This document shows positions 17,754 to 28,092 of a stretch of 64,000 bases of DNA, one piece after another (the stretch's first letter is position 1; every line of letters begins with the position of its first letter). The notes below the pieces were generated by a model that was not told where the DNA came from, did no database searches, and was given only the letters and a program-made list of their open reading frames with translations. The translations under genes were made by a program, and so were the position numbers. This DNA is from an uncultured Acidimicrobiaceae bacterium (lineage in GTDB: Bacteria; Actinomycetota; Acidimicrobiia; Acidimicrobiales; Bog-793), in the NCBI GenBank assembly GCA_963703655.1, contig CAVPFA010000008.1, forward strand, positions 4,060-68,059, in the 5' to 3' direction.

Positions 17754-19526
17754 TCAGAACACCTCGACGAACCCTGAGTCCTCCTCGCCGCGCAGCACCT
17801 GCTTCAGTACTTTGCCCGACGGATTGCGAGGCAGCGGATCATCCGTGAATTCGACGTAAGCCGGCACCTTGAAGTCCGCCAGCTTCTCGGCGACGAAGCT
17901 GCGGACCTGGTCCGGCGTCATCGTCTCGCCGGGCTCGAGTCGCACGATGGCCTTCACCTCCTGGCCGAGTACCACATGGGCCACGCCGACGACGGCTGCT
18001 TCCGCAATGCTCGGGTGCTCGATCAGGCGATTCTCGATCTCGACGCAGTAGACGTTCTCACCACCACGAATGATCACGTCCTTGGCCCGGTCGGTGATGT
18101 AGAGGAATCCGTCGGCATCCACCCGGCCTAGGTCGCCGGTTCGCAGCCAGCCGCCCGCCATGACCTCGGCGGTGTCGTTCGGCTTGTTCCAGTAGCCGCG
18201 CATGAGCAGCGGCCCCTTGATGCACACCTCGCCGACCTCGGCCGGCGGCAGGCCGGCGGCGTCCGCGATCTCGCCGGTTGCGGTCTCGGGCGATACGACC
18301 TTGATCTCGACGATCGGGAGCGGTCGGCCGACCGAATCTGGCCGCTCGAGCGCGTCCGGGCCACTGTTGATCGTGACGACCGAGCTGGTCTCTGTCAGGC
18401 CGTACACGTTGGCGATGGACCGTACGTTGGGAAACGTCTCGCGCACCTTCCGCTGGAGCTCACCCGCTGACGGGGAGCCACCGTAAGCGATCGACACCAC
18501 CGATGAGAGGTCGAACTCGTGACGCCTCGGATGATCGACTACACGCCACACCATGGTCGGGACGGCTGCCCAGATCGCGACGCGCTCGCGCTCGATCACC
18601 TGCAACGCCACCTCGGGATCGAATCGGCCGGGCGGGATGATCAGCCGCATTCCCGCAGCGAACGAGCCGACCAGGTTGGAATGGCAACCCGAGACGTGGA
18701 ACAGCGGCGATGTGAGCAACGACGCGCTCTGGCCGTCACCTGGGGCCGGGAAGAGCGAACCGCCGGCGCCCGACCCGGCTTCGAGCAGGACACCGACGAC
18801 CGCCAGGAAGAAGGTGTTTTGGAGATTCGCGATCATCCCCCGGTGGCTGGAAATCGCACCTTTGGGTCGGCCTGTCGTGCCGCTCGTATAGAAGATGACG
18901 GCCGCGTCGTCCTCGTCGATCTCCGCGGCCTCGGCAGGTGGCGAGGGCGTCGCGCTCTCGAAGAGCTCTCGTGCGTGCCGCATCTCGACCGTGCCGCCGG
19001 GCGCAGGCAGGTCTCCCGGCTCTGCGTCGATGAGGTACACGACCCGGAGCTCGGGGCATTCTCCCAGGAGTCCTGCGATCCGGGCGTAGCGCACACTGTC
19101 GGCGACGAGCGCCCTTGCTCCGGAATCGCTGAGGCCATAGAGCAGCTCGTCACTCTTCCACCACCCGTTCAGGCCTACCAGCACCGCACCCGAAACAACG
19201 GTGGACCAGAACGTCTGACACCAGTCCGGGCAGTTGGCGGCAGCGACGGCGACGCGATCCCCGCGTGTGATTCCGGCGAGCCCCGCAGCGAGCTCGACAG
19301 CGCCCGCTCGGCAGCTCGTCACGAAATCGCCGTAAGAGATCGTCCGGTCGCCGTAGACGAGGAACGTCTCGTCGCCCCTAGCCCCGACGAGCTCGAACAA
19401 CTCCCGCAGGGAGCCCATGCGCTGGGAGTAGACCTTCATGACGACTCCCCCGACGTCCTCCTCGACGACCTCGAAGCTGCCGCCCAGACCGGTGAGAAGC
19501 TCCTCGATCTCCCGCACCGACCGCAT
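17754..19526 (-). CDS. AMP-dependent acyl-CoA synthetase/ligase (FadD-like)
   Basis: AMP-binding signature IFYTSGTTGRPKGA, plus GYWN..T...GWLRTGDLG and PRNPSGKVLK. I chose the start at Met 19526 (MRSVREIEELL); the ORF track's 19691 start would overlap the divergent gene. Confidence 0.85.
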   Translation of the reverse strand: MRSVREIEELLTGLGGSFEVVEEDVGGVVMKVYSQRMGSLRELFELVGARGDETFLVYGDRTISYGDFVTSCRAGAVELAAGLAGITRGDRVAVAAANCPDWCQTFWSTVVSGAVLVGLNGWWKSDELLYGLSDSGARALVADSVRYARIAGLLGECPELRVVYLIDAEPGDLPAPGGTVEMRHARELFESATPSPPAEAAEIDEDDAAVIFYTSGTTGRPKGAISSHRGMIANLQNTFFLAVVGVLLEAGSGAGGSLFPAPGDGQSASLLTSPLFHVSGCHSNLVGSFAAGMRLIIPPGRFDPEVALQVIERERVAIWAAVPTMVWRVVDHPRRHEFDLSSVVSIAYGGSPSAGELQRKVRETFPNVRSIANVYGLTETSSVVTINSGPDALERPDSVGRPLPIVEIKVVSPETATGEIADAAGLPPAEVGEVCIKGPLLMRGYWNKPNDTAEVMAGGWLRTGDLGRVDADGFLYITDRAKDVIIRGGENVYCVEIENRLIEHPSIAEAAVVGVAHVVLGQEVKAIVRLEPGETMTPDQVRSFVAEKLADFKVPAYVEFTDDPLPRNPSGKVLKQVLRGEEDSGFVEVF

Positions 19527-19657
19527 CGCAGGGTCCTCTCCATCGCCGTAGGAACTGAGGCGTCGCCCCTTCGGCGAGCCCGAATCGAAGGCCCATGATC
19601 TCAGGATCAATCGGGGGGTGCAGCCACTAAGGGCGTTCGCGCAGGTAGATTGCCGCC

Positions 19658-22171
19658 GTGCAGGCCATCGCCGAGGCGCCGGGCCGGACAAGCGGCGAGG
19701 CCACCCCGGAAGCTCCCGTCGAGCCGCCGAGCGCGGCCCGGGGCGAGGCCGTCACGAAGGTCCTCGGGTTCGTCGCGGTTGCCGGAGCGACGATCTTCGT
19801 GATCTGGCAGCTGCGACCCGGTCTTCTGTTCAGCCCGGCTATGGACGTCGGCGGCGACAACGCCGGCCACGTCGTCACCCCCTACTTCCTCATCCACGAC
19901 CTTCTGCCGCAGGGTCGCATCACGGGTTGGGACCCGCAATGGTTCGAGGGCTTCCCGTTGTACGTCTTCTACTTCCCGCTGCCGGCCTTGCTGGTCGCAG
20001 CCTTCTCGGTCGTCTTCCCGTACGCCGTGGCCTTCAAGCTCGTAACGGTCCTCGGGTCGATCACGCTTCCCGCAGCGGCGTGGGCCTTCGGTCGGCTGGC
20101 GGACTTCAAGAGGCCGATCCCGGTGCTTATGGCCGCGGCGACCCTGCCGTTCTTGTTCAATACCTCCTACACCATCGAAGGCGGGAACCTCACCTCGACG
20201 CTCGCGGGGGAGTTTTCCTTTTCGCTCGCTCTCACGAGCGGACTGCTCTTCCTCGGCGTCTTCGCGCACGCGCTCCGAACGGGTCGGCTCCGATGGCTCG
20301 CGGCCACACTGTATGGGGTCACGTTGCTCTGCCACGTCGTTCCGGCACTCGGCTTCGCGGCCGTCGCGATCGTGCTTGCTCTGAGCCGGTGGGACAAGAG
20401 CTCGTGGAGGGTGCTCGTCCCGGTCGGGGCGGTCGGCGGGCTGCTCGCGGCATTCTGGCTCGTCCCGTTCGCGGCGGATCTGCATTACAGCTCGTCCATG
20501 GGCTATACGAGGGTGATCGGTCTCTGGTCGAACATCCTGCCCCGGGGCTATCTCTGGATGATCATTCCCGCAGGCGTCGGCACGCTGATCGCCCTGATCC
20601 GCCTCGACAAGACGCCGATCGTGCTCGCGGTGGGGACAGTCGGAGCGGTGGCGGGGTTCCAGTGGCTCCCGGCCGGCTTCGTCTACAACGGCAGATGGCT
20701 GCCCTTCTACTTTCTCTTCACTGCGCTGCTCGCCGCGTACGGCGTCGGCGAGTTCTTTCGCCTCGCGGGACGCTGGCTCGAGCTCGACGCCTGGCAGGCA
20801 CCGGTCGCGACTGTCCTCGGAAGCTTCGGTGCCGTGCTCGGCGCGTTCATCGCCGGCGGCATCGCCATCCCGGGCTTCCAGCCCAGCGGCAGCCAGATCG
20901 AAGTGCCGGGATGGATCTCGTGGAACTACACCGGCTTCCAAGGGAAATCGGGGTGGCCCGTCTATCAAGGCATCGTGCGAATGTTGGACAGGGCAGGCAG
21001 GACGTATGGCTGCGGGAGGCTGCAGTACGAGTACATCACAGAGACCCAAGATCCCTTCGGTTCCACCGAGTCGACGATGGCCTTGCCGTATTGGACCAAC
21101 GGATGCATGGACACGATCGACGGTGTCCTGTTCGAGTCCTCGACTACGACTCCGTTTCACTTCCTCGACCAGGCCGAGTACTCGCTCCCGGGCGAATCCT
21201 CGAACCCGGTCGCCAACTTGAATTATCCGGCCTTCAACCTCGCCGACGGCATACGACATCTGCAGTTCGCGGGTGTTCGGTACTTCCTCGCTGTCTCACC
21301 GCAGGTCGAGACCGCTGCCAAGCACGTCCCGGGGCTCCTCGAGATCGCCTCGACGCCAGGGTTCCCCGGCCCGATCAACCAGGTGACCGCGGCTCACCCT
21401 GTCTGGGATCTCTACCTCATCAAGGGCAGCGGACCGCTCGTGACACCGCTCGATCACCTGCCGGTCGTGGAACCGGGCGGCTCTGCGCTGAACTGGCTCG
21501 ACACCAACCTCAAGTGGTGGGAAAGCGAGGGGTACTGGCCGGTCGAGCTCGCGCAGAGCGGGCCGCCGAACTGGCCCAGAGCCAAGGTCGGGACGCTTGT
21601 CCCGCCGCAGCAGGCGGTGCCGGTGAAGCCGACGACGGTGACTGGAGTGCGCACGACGAATTCGACCGTCAGATTCGACGTCGGGCGTCTCGGGGAGCCG
21701 GTCCTGGTGAAGGTGCCGTATTTCCCCAACTGGCACGCCACGGGAGCGCTCGGCCCGTACGAGGTCTCTCCAAATTTGATGGCAGTCGTACCGACAGCAC
21801 ATCACGTTACTCTCTCGTACGGCACCACCGCAGCCGACCAGCTCGGCAAGCTCGCCTCGCTCGGCGGAGTAGTCGGCCTGGGCATGCTCGTCACGCTGCG
21901 CCCGCCGGTCATGAAGAAAGGCGGGCCCGAGCCGGCACGCTCACCAACATCCACGGGCGACGGCGAATCCGGGCTCGCAGTCCCAGGGCGCTCGGACGAT
22001 GGGGACACAGGCGACGAACAGAACGAGGGGGACGAGGACGAAGGGGACGAACCTGGCACCGCCACAGGCCACGAGCCCTACGGCCCGCCCCTGCCCCAAC
22101 ACGAGCGCAATCCCACGGCGGCAGAGGAAGGCCCGCCACCCAAACCGCCGGTGCAGCCGCCTCCGGGGTGA
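19658..22171 (+). CDS. Large polytopic membrane protein with an extracytoplasmic C-terminal domain and an acidic low-complexity tail (possible GT-C-type envelope glycosyltransferase)
   Basis: 837-aa ORF. About 12 TM helices occupy the first ~400 aa, followed by a soluble domain (WISWNYTGFQGKSGW...) and a D/E/G-rich tail. It lies next to an LCP ligase gene. Function is inferred only from topology and context. Confidence 0.6.
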   Translation: MQAIAEAPGRTSGEATPEAPVEPPSAARGEAVTKVLGFVAVAGATIFVIWQLRPGLLFSPAMDVGGDNAGHVVTPYFLIHDLLPQGRITGWDPQWFEGFPLYVFYFPLPALLVAAFSVVFPYAVAFKLVTVLGSITLPAAAWAFGRLADFKRPIPVLMAAATLPFLFNTSYTIEGGNLTSTLAGEFSFSLALTSGLLFLGVFAHALRTGRLRWLAATLYGVTLLCHVVPALGFAAVAIVLALSRWDKSSWRVLVPVGAVGGLLAAFWLVPFAADLHYSSSMGYTRVIGLWSNILPRGYLWMIIPAGVGTLIALIRLDKTPIVLAVGTVGAVAGFQWLPAGFVYNGRWLPFYFLFTALLAAYGVGEFFRLAGRWLELDAWQAPVATVLGSFGAVLGAFIAGGIAIPGFQPSGSQIEVPGWISWNYTGFQGKSGWPVYQGIVRMLDRAGRTYGCGRLQYEYITETQDPFGSTESTMALPYWTNGCMDTIDGVLFESSTTTPFHFLDQAEYSLPGESSNPVANLNYPAFNLADGIRHLQFAGVRYFLAVSPQVETAAKHVPGLLEIASTPGFPGPINQVTAAHPVWDLYLIKGSGPLVTPLDHLPVVEPGGSALNWLDTNLKWWESEGYWPVELAQSGPPNWPRAKVGTLVPPQQAVPVKPTTVTGVRTTNSTVRFDVGRLGEPVLVKVPYFPNWHATGALGPYEVSPNLMAVVPTAHHVTLSYGTTAADQLGKLASLGGVVGLGMLVTLRPPVMKKGGPEPARSPTSTGDGESGLAVPGRSDDGDTGDEQNEGDEDEGDEPGTATGHEPYGPPLPQHERNPTAAEEGPPPKPPVQPPPG

Positions 22172-22209
22172 CCCTGAATTCCGACTGACTGTCGGTATCC
22201 TGCCTTGGC

Positions 22210-23385
22210 GTGTCGAGGGATCTCCTGACCAGCCCCCGGTCTCGTCGCCGCGCTGCTCACCGAGCCAGCGGGGCTCGGCGCTGGCCCAAGCGCGTGCTGA
22301 TCGGAGTGTCGATCCTGGTGGGCCTGGCGCTCATCGCCGGCGTCGGAGGCTGGTTCTACGTCAACTCGGTGCTGGGCTCGGTCACGCGCTTTCAGGCTCC
22401 GAGCCTCACGGCCGAGACTTCCGGTGCGCCGATCGACGTCCTCCTCGTGGGCTCGGACTCCCGCGCGTTCGTCACTGAGCCCGGTCAGGCCGCTTCCTTT
22501 GGCAGCGCGGCCACCCAAACCGGGCAGCGCTCGGACGTGATCGTCATCATGCGGCTGGTGCCGAAGACCCACCGGGTCGAGATGCTCTCGATTCCACGAG
22601 ACACCTACGTCCCGATCCCGGGCACGGGCGGCTCGAACCGGGTCAACGCGGCTTTCAACACTGGCCCGGGCCTGCTCGTCAAGACGATTCAACAGGACTT
22701 CGGCATCCCCATAAATCATGTTGTCGTGGCGAATTTCCCGGGTTTCGAGGGGATTGTCAACGCGCTCGGCGGCATCTCCCTCGACTTCCCGGTACCCGTG
22801 CGCGACCCGTACTCCGGCCTGAACGTCTCCACGACCGGGTGCCAGACCGTGGACGGGACGTCGGCTCTCGCACTTGTCCGAAGCCGGCACCTGTACTACT
22901 GGAAGGACGGGAGCTGGAGCTACGACGGGATGAGCGACTGGAGCAGGATCCAGCGCCAACAGGCCTTCTTCCACGCCGTGGTCAACAAGCTGAACGGGGA
23001 GTTCCCCAACCTTCTCGCGCTCAACAGTTTCCTTCAGGCGACCGCTCACGACTTGCAGGTGGACTCGGGATTCTCAGCTCGCGACATGATCTCGCTCGGC
23101 TTGCAGTTCAGGAGCGTAGCCTCGAGCGACCTCGCCACGGAGGTCCTCCCGACCTACGGCGCGCAAATCGCCGGCAACGACGTGCTGATCGCGGCCCAGC
23201 CCTATGCCAACAAGATGATCTCGAGCTTCCTCGCCGTCGGATCAGCGTCCCGCCCGACTAGGCCGACCCAGTCCGGAACCACCGCGGGGAGCCCGGCCTC
23301 GCCCGGGACCACCGCCCCGGCGAGCCAGGTCGTCCTCGACAGCCCCAAGAACCTGCCCGAGCCCTGGAACCCGAAGCCCTGCTGA
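22210..23385 (+). CDS. LytR-CpsA-Psr (LCP) family cell-wall glycopolymer ligase
   Basis: N-terminal TM helix, then LCP motifs: DVLLVGSDSR, RSDVIVIMRL, LSIPRDTYVPIPG, NRVNAAF, and ALALVRSR. Confidence 0.85.
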   Translation: MSRDLLTSPRSRRRAAHRASGARRWPKRVLIGVSILVGLALIAGVGGWFYVNSVLGSVTRFQAPSLTAETSGAPIDVLLVGSDSRAFVTEPGQAASFGSAATQTGQRSDVIVIMRLVPKTHRVEMLSIPRDTYVPIPGTGGSNRVNAAFNTGPGLLVKTIQQDFGIPINHVVVANFPGFEGIVNALGGISLDFPVPVRDPYSGLNVSTTGCQTVDGTSALALVRSRHLYYWKDGSWSYDGMSDWSRIQRQQAFFHAVVNKLNGEFPNLLALNSFLQATAHDLQVDSGFSARDMISLGLQFRSVASSDLATEVLPTYGAQIAGNDVLIAAQPYANKMISSFLAVGSASRPTRPTQSGTTAGSPASPGTTAPASQVVLDSPKNLPEPWNPKPC

Positions 23386-23392
23386 GGAGGCT

Positions 23393-24463
23393 TCAGCCGA
23401 GGCCGGCCTGGGCGGCCGCTCTCGACTCCGCCACAAGCCGGTCGAGGGCGCTCCGGGCGTTTCCGTCATCGATGGCGGCGCCGGCGAGTTCGAGGCCGTC
23501 AGCGAGGTCGTCGGCCAGCGCGGCGACCACGAGGGCCGCTGCGGCGTTCAGGCGCACGAGATCGCGCCTCGGGCCCCTTTCACCGTCGAGGATTCGAAGC
23601 CCGAGTTCGGCGTTTCTCGCGGCGTCGCCGCCCCTGAGGTCGGCCAGGGTGGCCCGGTCCAGGCCGAGCGAAGCCGGTTCGATCTCCAACCGCCGCCGCC
23701 GGCACGTTCCGTCCGGCTCGCGCACCGACTCGATAAGCGTCGAGGGCGCCACGGTGGAGAGCTCGTCGAGGCCGTCGTGACCGTAGACGACCATCGCGTG
23801 CACGGAACCGAAGATCTCGAGTACCTCGAGCATCTTGTCGGCCATCGCGGGGTCGGAGACGCCGACGAGCTGGCGCCTGGCCCCGGCGGGGTTGACCAGC
23901 GGCCCGACGAAGTTGAAAACCGTGGCAACGCCGAGCTCGCGGCGGACCGGAGCGGCAAAGCGCATCGCCGGGTGGTAACGAGGCGCAAAGCAAAAGCCGA
24001 TGCCGGCCTCCTCGATACATCGCAGGACGCCGTCGGGGCCGAGATCGATGACGACGCCGAGCGCCTCGAGCACGTCGGCCGACCCTGCCAGCGACGACGC
24101 CGCACGGCCACCGTGCTTGCACACGACCCCACCCGCGCCGGCGACAACGAGCGCGCTGAGCGTCGAGACGTTGATCGTGCCGCTCCGGTCCCCCCCGGTG
24201 CCGCAGGTGTCCACCACCTCGACGCCGGCGTCCAGGCTCTCGGCGTGGGCCCGCATGGCCAGCACGAGGCCCACCATCTCGTCCACGGTCTCGCCTTTGG
24301 TCCTCAAGCCCGCCACGAACGCGGCAATCTGCGCCGCAGTCGCCGTACCCTCGAGCACGTCGTCGAGTGCTGCGGAAGCCTCGGCCGCTGTCAGGTCCCG
24401 GCGCCCGAAGAGCCGTCCGAGAACCGCCGGCCAGCCGCCGACGGCCTCGAGCGTCGCCGCCAT
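23393..24463 (-). CDS. trpD: Anthranilate phosphoribosyltransferase
   Basis: Motifs VDTCGTGGDRSGTINVST and KHGGRAASS, with the typical C-terminal helical region. The Met at 24463 avoids overlapping the upstream gene's stop at 24471. Confidence 0.9.
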   Translation of the reverse strand: MAATLEAVGGWPAVLGRLFGRRDLTAAEASAALDDVLEGTATAAQIAAFVAGLRTKGETVDEMVGLVLAMRAHAESLDAGVEVVDTCGTGGDRSGTINVSTLSALVVAGAGGVVCKHGGRAASSLAGSADVLEALGVVIDLGPDGVLRCIEEAGIGFCFAPRYHPAMRFAAPVRRELGVATVFNFVGPLVNPAGARRQLVGVSDPAMADKMLEVLEIFGSVHAMVVYGHDGLDELSTVAPSTLIESVREPDGTCRRRRLEIEPASLGLDRATLADLRGGDAARNAELGLRILDGERGPRRDLVRLNAAAALVVAALADDLADGLELAGAAIDDGNARSALDRLVAESRAAAQAGLG

Positions 24464-24470
24464 CGCCGCC

Positions 24471-25646
24471 TCAGTCCCACCACAGATGGCGGTCGAGAAC
24501 ACCTTTGGCAACGAGATTCAGCTGGACCTGCGAGGTCCCCTCGACGATCGTGAGCTGACGGGCGTCGCGGTACCAGAGCTCCGTCGGATGGTCCTTCATG
24601 TAACCGGCCGCCCCGAGCAGTTGCAGCGCGAGCCCGGATGCCTTGACCGCTACCTCCGTCGCGTAGTACTTGGCCATCGACAGATAGGGAACCCATTCGC
24701 GGGTGAACTTCCCCTGGTCCGCCAACCAGGCCGAGCGGTACGTGAGCAGCCTCGCGGCCTCGATCTCGACCGCCAGCTTGGCGATCTCCCACTGGATGCC
24801 CTGGAAGTCCGCAATCGTCCCGCCGAACGCCCGACGCTGCTGGACGTAGTCGACGGCGTACATGAGCGCCCCCTCGGCCAGCCCGATCCCTCGAGCGGCG
24901 ACGATCGGGCGCATGGAATTCAGCCCCAGCATCGCGAGACGGAACCCACCGACCTCGCCGATCACGTTCTCGGCGGGCACGCGGGCGTCGGAGAGCACGA
25001 GCTCCCCGGTGTCGACGCCTCGGACGCCCATCTTCCGGTCGATCGAGCCGACCGCGACGCCTGCTGAGTCGCGCTCGACGATGAAGGCGGTGATCGAGTC
25101 GTGGCTTCGGCTGGAGGGTTCGCCCGTCTTCGCGAATACCGTGTACCAGTCGGCCTGAACGACTCCCGACATCCAGCACTTCACGCCGTTCAGTACCCAG
25201 CCACCGTCGCGCTCGGCGTCGGGGGTGGCGCGAGTGCGCATCCCGACGACGTCACTGCCGGCGCCGGACTCGGACAGCCCGAAGCCGGACCGCTGCGTCC
25301 CGGCAGCGATTCCGGGGAGGTACCGCTGCTTTTGCTCCTCGGACCCGGCGATCATGACCGGGCCGGTCGCGAGGCGTGTGAGCAGCAACATCAGCGCGCA
25401 GGTGCTGGAGTACTTCGCCACCTCCTCGATGGCGACGGTGAGGCCGAGGATCCCGGCTCCCGAACCGCCGTACTCGACCGGAATGCACAGTCCGAGAAGG
25501 CCGGCGTCACGAAACGCCTCGAAGACGTCCTCGGGGTATTCACCTGTTTCGTCGATCTCGCGCGCCCGAGGCAGCACCTTGTCCCGAGCCAACCGCCGGA
25601 CCGACGCCCGCAGCTCGCTCAGCTCCTCGGAGAGGTCGAAGTTCAC
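24471..25646 (-). CDS. Acyl-CoA dehydrogenase
   Basis: 391 aa. Typical ACAD organisation, with a C-terminal IVEGTSQVQLNLVAK motif and a catalytic-base region (YATEVAVKASGLALQLLG). Confidence 0.85.
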   Translation of the reverse strand: MNFDLSEELSELRASVRRLARDKVLPRAREIDETGEYPEDVFEAFRDAGLLGLCIPVEYGGSGAGILGLTVAIEEVAKYSSTCALMLLLTRLATGPVMIAGSEEQKQRYLPGIAAGTQRSGFGLSESGAGSDVVGMRTRATPDAERDGGWVLNGVKCWMSGVVQADWYTVFAKTGEPSSRSHDSITAFIVERDSAGVAVGSIDRKMGVRGVDTGELVLSDARVPAENVIGEVGGFRLAMLGLNSMRPIVAARGIGLAEGALMYAVDYVQQRRAFGGTIADFQGIQWEIAKLAVEIEAARLLTYRSAWLADQGKFTREWVPYLSMAKYYATEVAVKASGLALQLLGAAGYMKDHPTELWYRDARQLTIVEGTSQVQLNLVAKGVLDRHLWWD

Positions 25647-25701
25647 AGCGTGAGGCTACCCGGAGGCTTTTCGCCCCGTTCTGGCGACGAAGCGAGTCGC
25701 C

Positions 25702-25932
25702 TCAGGCGCTCTTGCGGCGCTGCCGGACGATCCGGCGCCGCTCGCGCTCGTTCAGCCCGCCCCACACGCCCTCACGCTCGCGTGCGGCGAGGGAATACTC
25801 GAGGCATGGCTGGCGGACCGTGCACGACGCACAGATCGTCTTCGCCTCTTCGCAGTCGTCGTCCGACGCTGGGTAGAAGATGCTCGGATCAACCCCACGG
25901 CATGCGGCTCGTTGGCGCCAGTTGGCCTTCAT
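25702..25932 (-). CDS. WhiB-family Fe-S transcriptional regulator
   Basis: 76 aa. Four Cys residues (C..C-x2-C-x5-C: AACRGVDP ... CASCTVRQPC), the GVWGG turn, and a basic tail. Confidence 0.9.
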   Translation of the reverse strand: MKANWRQRAACRGVDPSIFYPASDDDCEEAKTICASCTVRQPCLEYSLAAREREGVWGGLNERERRRIVRQRRKSA

Positions 25933-26058
25933 CTCGGTTCACTTTCGTCGTGTGTCGACCGTCGACGGCGACTTACCGCGGGCGATCGATGTGCAGAAGT
26001 CCGGTGGGCAGGGCGACGCCTTTACCACACGCCAGGGGGTTCGCCGACCGGAATCCCA

Positions 26059-26087
26059 ATTATGAAAGATCGTAACGAAACTGTCAA
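26059..26087 (-). promoter_or_regulatory. Near-consensus sigma-A-type promoter upstream of the whiB-family gene
   Basis: Minus strand: TTGACA (26087-26082), a 17-nt spacer, then CATAAT (26064-26059). It sits in a local AT-rich patch about 125-155 nt upstream of the ATG at 25932. Confidence 0.5.
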
Positions 26088-26277
26088 CGATTCACGCACC
26101 ATCCGGCCCGTTAACCTGCGCCCGGAGAGTGCGCTCCTCGTCTTCCAATCTTCGGCCGCGGAGACGTTCGTCTTGACAGGCAAATCGGTCGGGCGGGTGT
26201 AATTCGGGCGCTGGCCAGCGTTGGCGCGCTCCGGGCCCGTCCGCGGTTTGTGGCAGGCTGTCGAGACCGGTGCCTTG

Positions 26278-28092
26278 ATGAGACGACCTGCGAGCATGTT
26301 CGACCGCAAGGTCGCGCTGGCGAGGCTGGCGGAGGAGACCTTCGACGTCGCGGTGGTCGGGGGCGGGATCACCGGAGCGGGCGTCGCACTCGACGCGGCC
26401 TCGAGGGGCTTTCGCACCGCGCTCGTGGAACGCGGAGACTTCGCGTCCGGCACCTCGTCCAAGTCCTCCAAACTGGTGCACGGCGGCCTGCGCTACCTCC
26501 AGCAGAAGGAATTCGGCCTCGTCCACGAGAGCCTCACCGAGCGCCGCCTTTTGCTCGAGAACGCCCCACACTTAGTCGAGCCCCTGACGTTCCTGATCCC
26601 CCTTTTCGGAAAAGGCGGTGCCGTCGACCGGGCCGTCGCGAGGACGTACTCGACGGCGCTTTGGATGTACGACCTCGGCGGCGGCTGGCGGATCGGCAGG
26701 CGACATCGTCGCATCTCGGCCGAGGAGCTCGCTTCTCACTTCCCGACGCTGCGAACCGACCGTCTCGTCGCCGGATTCGCGTACTACGACGCTCGGACCG
26801 ACGATGCCCGGCTGACTCTCGCGGTGCTGCGAACAGCGGTGCTCGAGCACGGCGCCGTCGCGTCGAACTACACCCCGGTCGTCGGCCTTCTCCACGATGA
26901 GAGCGGCCGCGTCGCAGGCATCCGGGTCGCGCCGGTCGCCGAGCCGCGCTCCGGCACCTGGCTCGCATCGCCGCCGTCACCTTCGCCGGCCTCACCTTCG
27001 GCGCCGTCAGCCCTCTCGGCGCCGCCACCACCCCCAGGAGCCGGGAGGGCCGCCGCCACCCTTGAGGTTCGAGCGAAGGTTGTCGTGAACGCGACCGGCG
27101 TATGGGCCGACGACATCCGCCGTCTCGACGACCCGGCCTACCCGGACTCGATCCGGCCCGCCAAGGGGATCCACATCGCAGTCCCGCGCTCGAAGCTGCC
27201 GTGTGACCTCGCTGCTGTGCTGCCGGTCCGGGCGGACCGGCGCTCGATCTTCGTCATACCGTGGGAGGAGCACACCTACATCGGGACGACCGACACCGCC
27301 TATACGGGGTCGTTGGACGACCCTCGCGTCGAGCCGGAAGACGTCGCTTATGTGCTCAGCGCCGTCAACGCAGCCGTCTCGTCCCCGCTCGAACCCGGAG
27401 ACGTGACAGCTACCTGGGCGGGTCTGCGCCCCCTCCTCGCGGCGACGGGCGCACACGGGCGTGCGCCGAGCGCCCGGACGGCGGACCTGTCCCGGCGCCA
27501 CAGGGTTGAGCGGTCGGCCTCCGGCCTCGTCTCGATCACCGGGGGCAAGCTCACGACCTACCGCAAGATGGCGGCTGACACCGTCGACTCCGTCCAGCTC
27601 GAGCTGGGCTCGAGCTCCGTGCGGTCTCGCACCAGGCACCTGCGCCTTCGCGGCGCGGAAGGCCTCGACGCGCTAAGGGTTGCGGGCCTCGCCGATGAGC
27701 TCGGAGTCGACGCCGAGGTCCTGGACCGCCTCGGGCGCCGGTACGGCGGAGAGGCGATGGCCGTCCTCGGGCTCACCTTCGAGCGGCCGGAGCTTCGCGA
27801 GCGTCTCGTGGCGGGCCTTCCCCACCTCGCGGCGGAGGTCGTGTACGCGGCTCGCTTCGAGATGGCGACCTGCGTCGAGGATGTCCTGTCGCGCCGCACC
27901 CGGGCCCTGCTGCTCGATGCCCGGGCGGCGTCGGCGGCGGCGGCCCGGACCGCCGAGCTGCTTACGGACGAGCTCGGCTGGGACGCCGCTCGAGCGCGCG
28001 AAGAGGGGGCTGTGTTCTCCGCCATCGAACGTCACGACCTGGCGGCGACCCGGTCACTCGCTGAGCAGAGTTACCTCGAGTGGGAGAGGTAG
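26278..28092 (+). CDS. glpD: FAD-dependent glycerol-3-phosphate dehydrogenase
   Basis: DVAVVGGGITGAGVALDAASRGFRTALVERGDFASGTSSKSSKLVHGGLRYL is the canonical GlpD N-terminus. A C-terminal GlpD-type helical domain is present. The start is at ATG 26278. The gene contains a Pro/Ser/Ala-rich insertion (see findings). Confidence 0.85.
   Translation: MRRPASMFDRKVALARLAEETFDVAVVGGGITGAGVALDAASRGFRTALVERGDFASGTSSKSSKLVHGGLRYLQQKEFGLVHESLTERRLLLENAPHLVEPLTFLIPLFGKGGAVDRAVARTYSTALWMYDLGGGWRIGRRHRRISAEELASHFPTLRTDRLVAGFAYYDARTDDARLTLAVLRTAVLEHGAVASNYTPVVGLLHDESGRVAGIRVAPVAEPRSGTWLASPPSPSPASPSAPSALSAPPPPPGAGRAAATLEVRAKVVVNATGVWADDIRRLDDPAYPDSIRPAKGIHIAVPRSKLPCDLAAVLPVRADRRSIFVIPWEEHTYIGTTDTAYTGSLDDPRVEPEDVAYVLSAVNAAVSSPLEPGDVTATWAGLRPLLAATGAHGRAPSARTADLSRRHRVERSASGLVSITGGKLTTYRKMAADTVDSVQLELGSSSVRSRTRHLRLRGAEGLDALRVAGLADELGVDAEVLDRLGRRYGGEAMAVLGLTFERPELRERLVAGLPHLAAEVVYAARFEMATCVEDVLSRRTRALLLDARAASAAAARTAELLTDELGWDAARAREEGAVFSAIERHDLAATRSLAEQSYLEWER

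Noticed and set aside
26173-26203. Possible glpD promoter: TTGACA (26173-26178) and TGTAAT (26198-26203)
   Set aside because: The spacer is 19 nt, which is too long for a confident sigma-A promoter. I noted it but did not list it as a feature.
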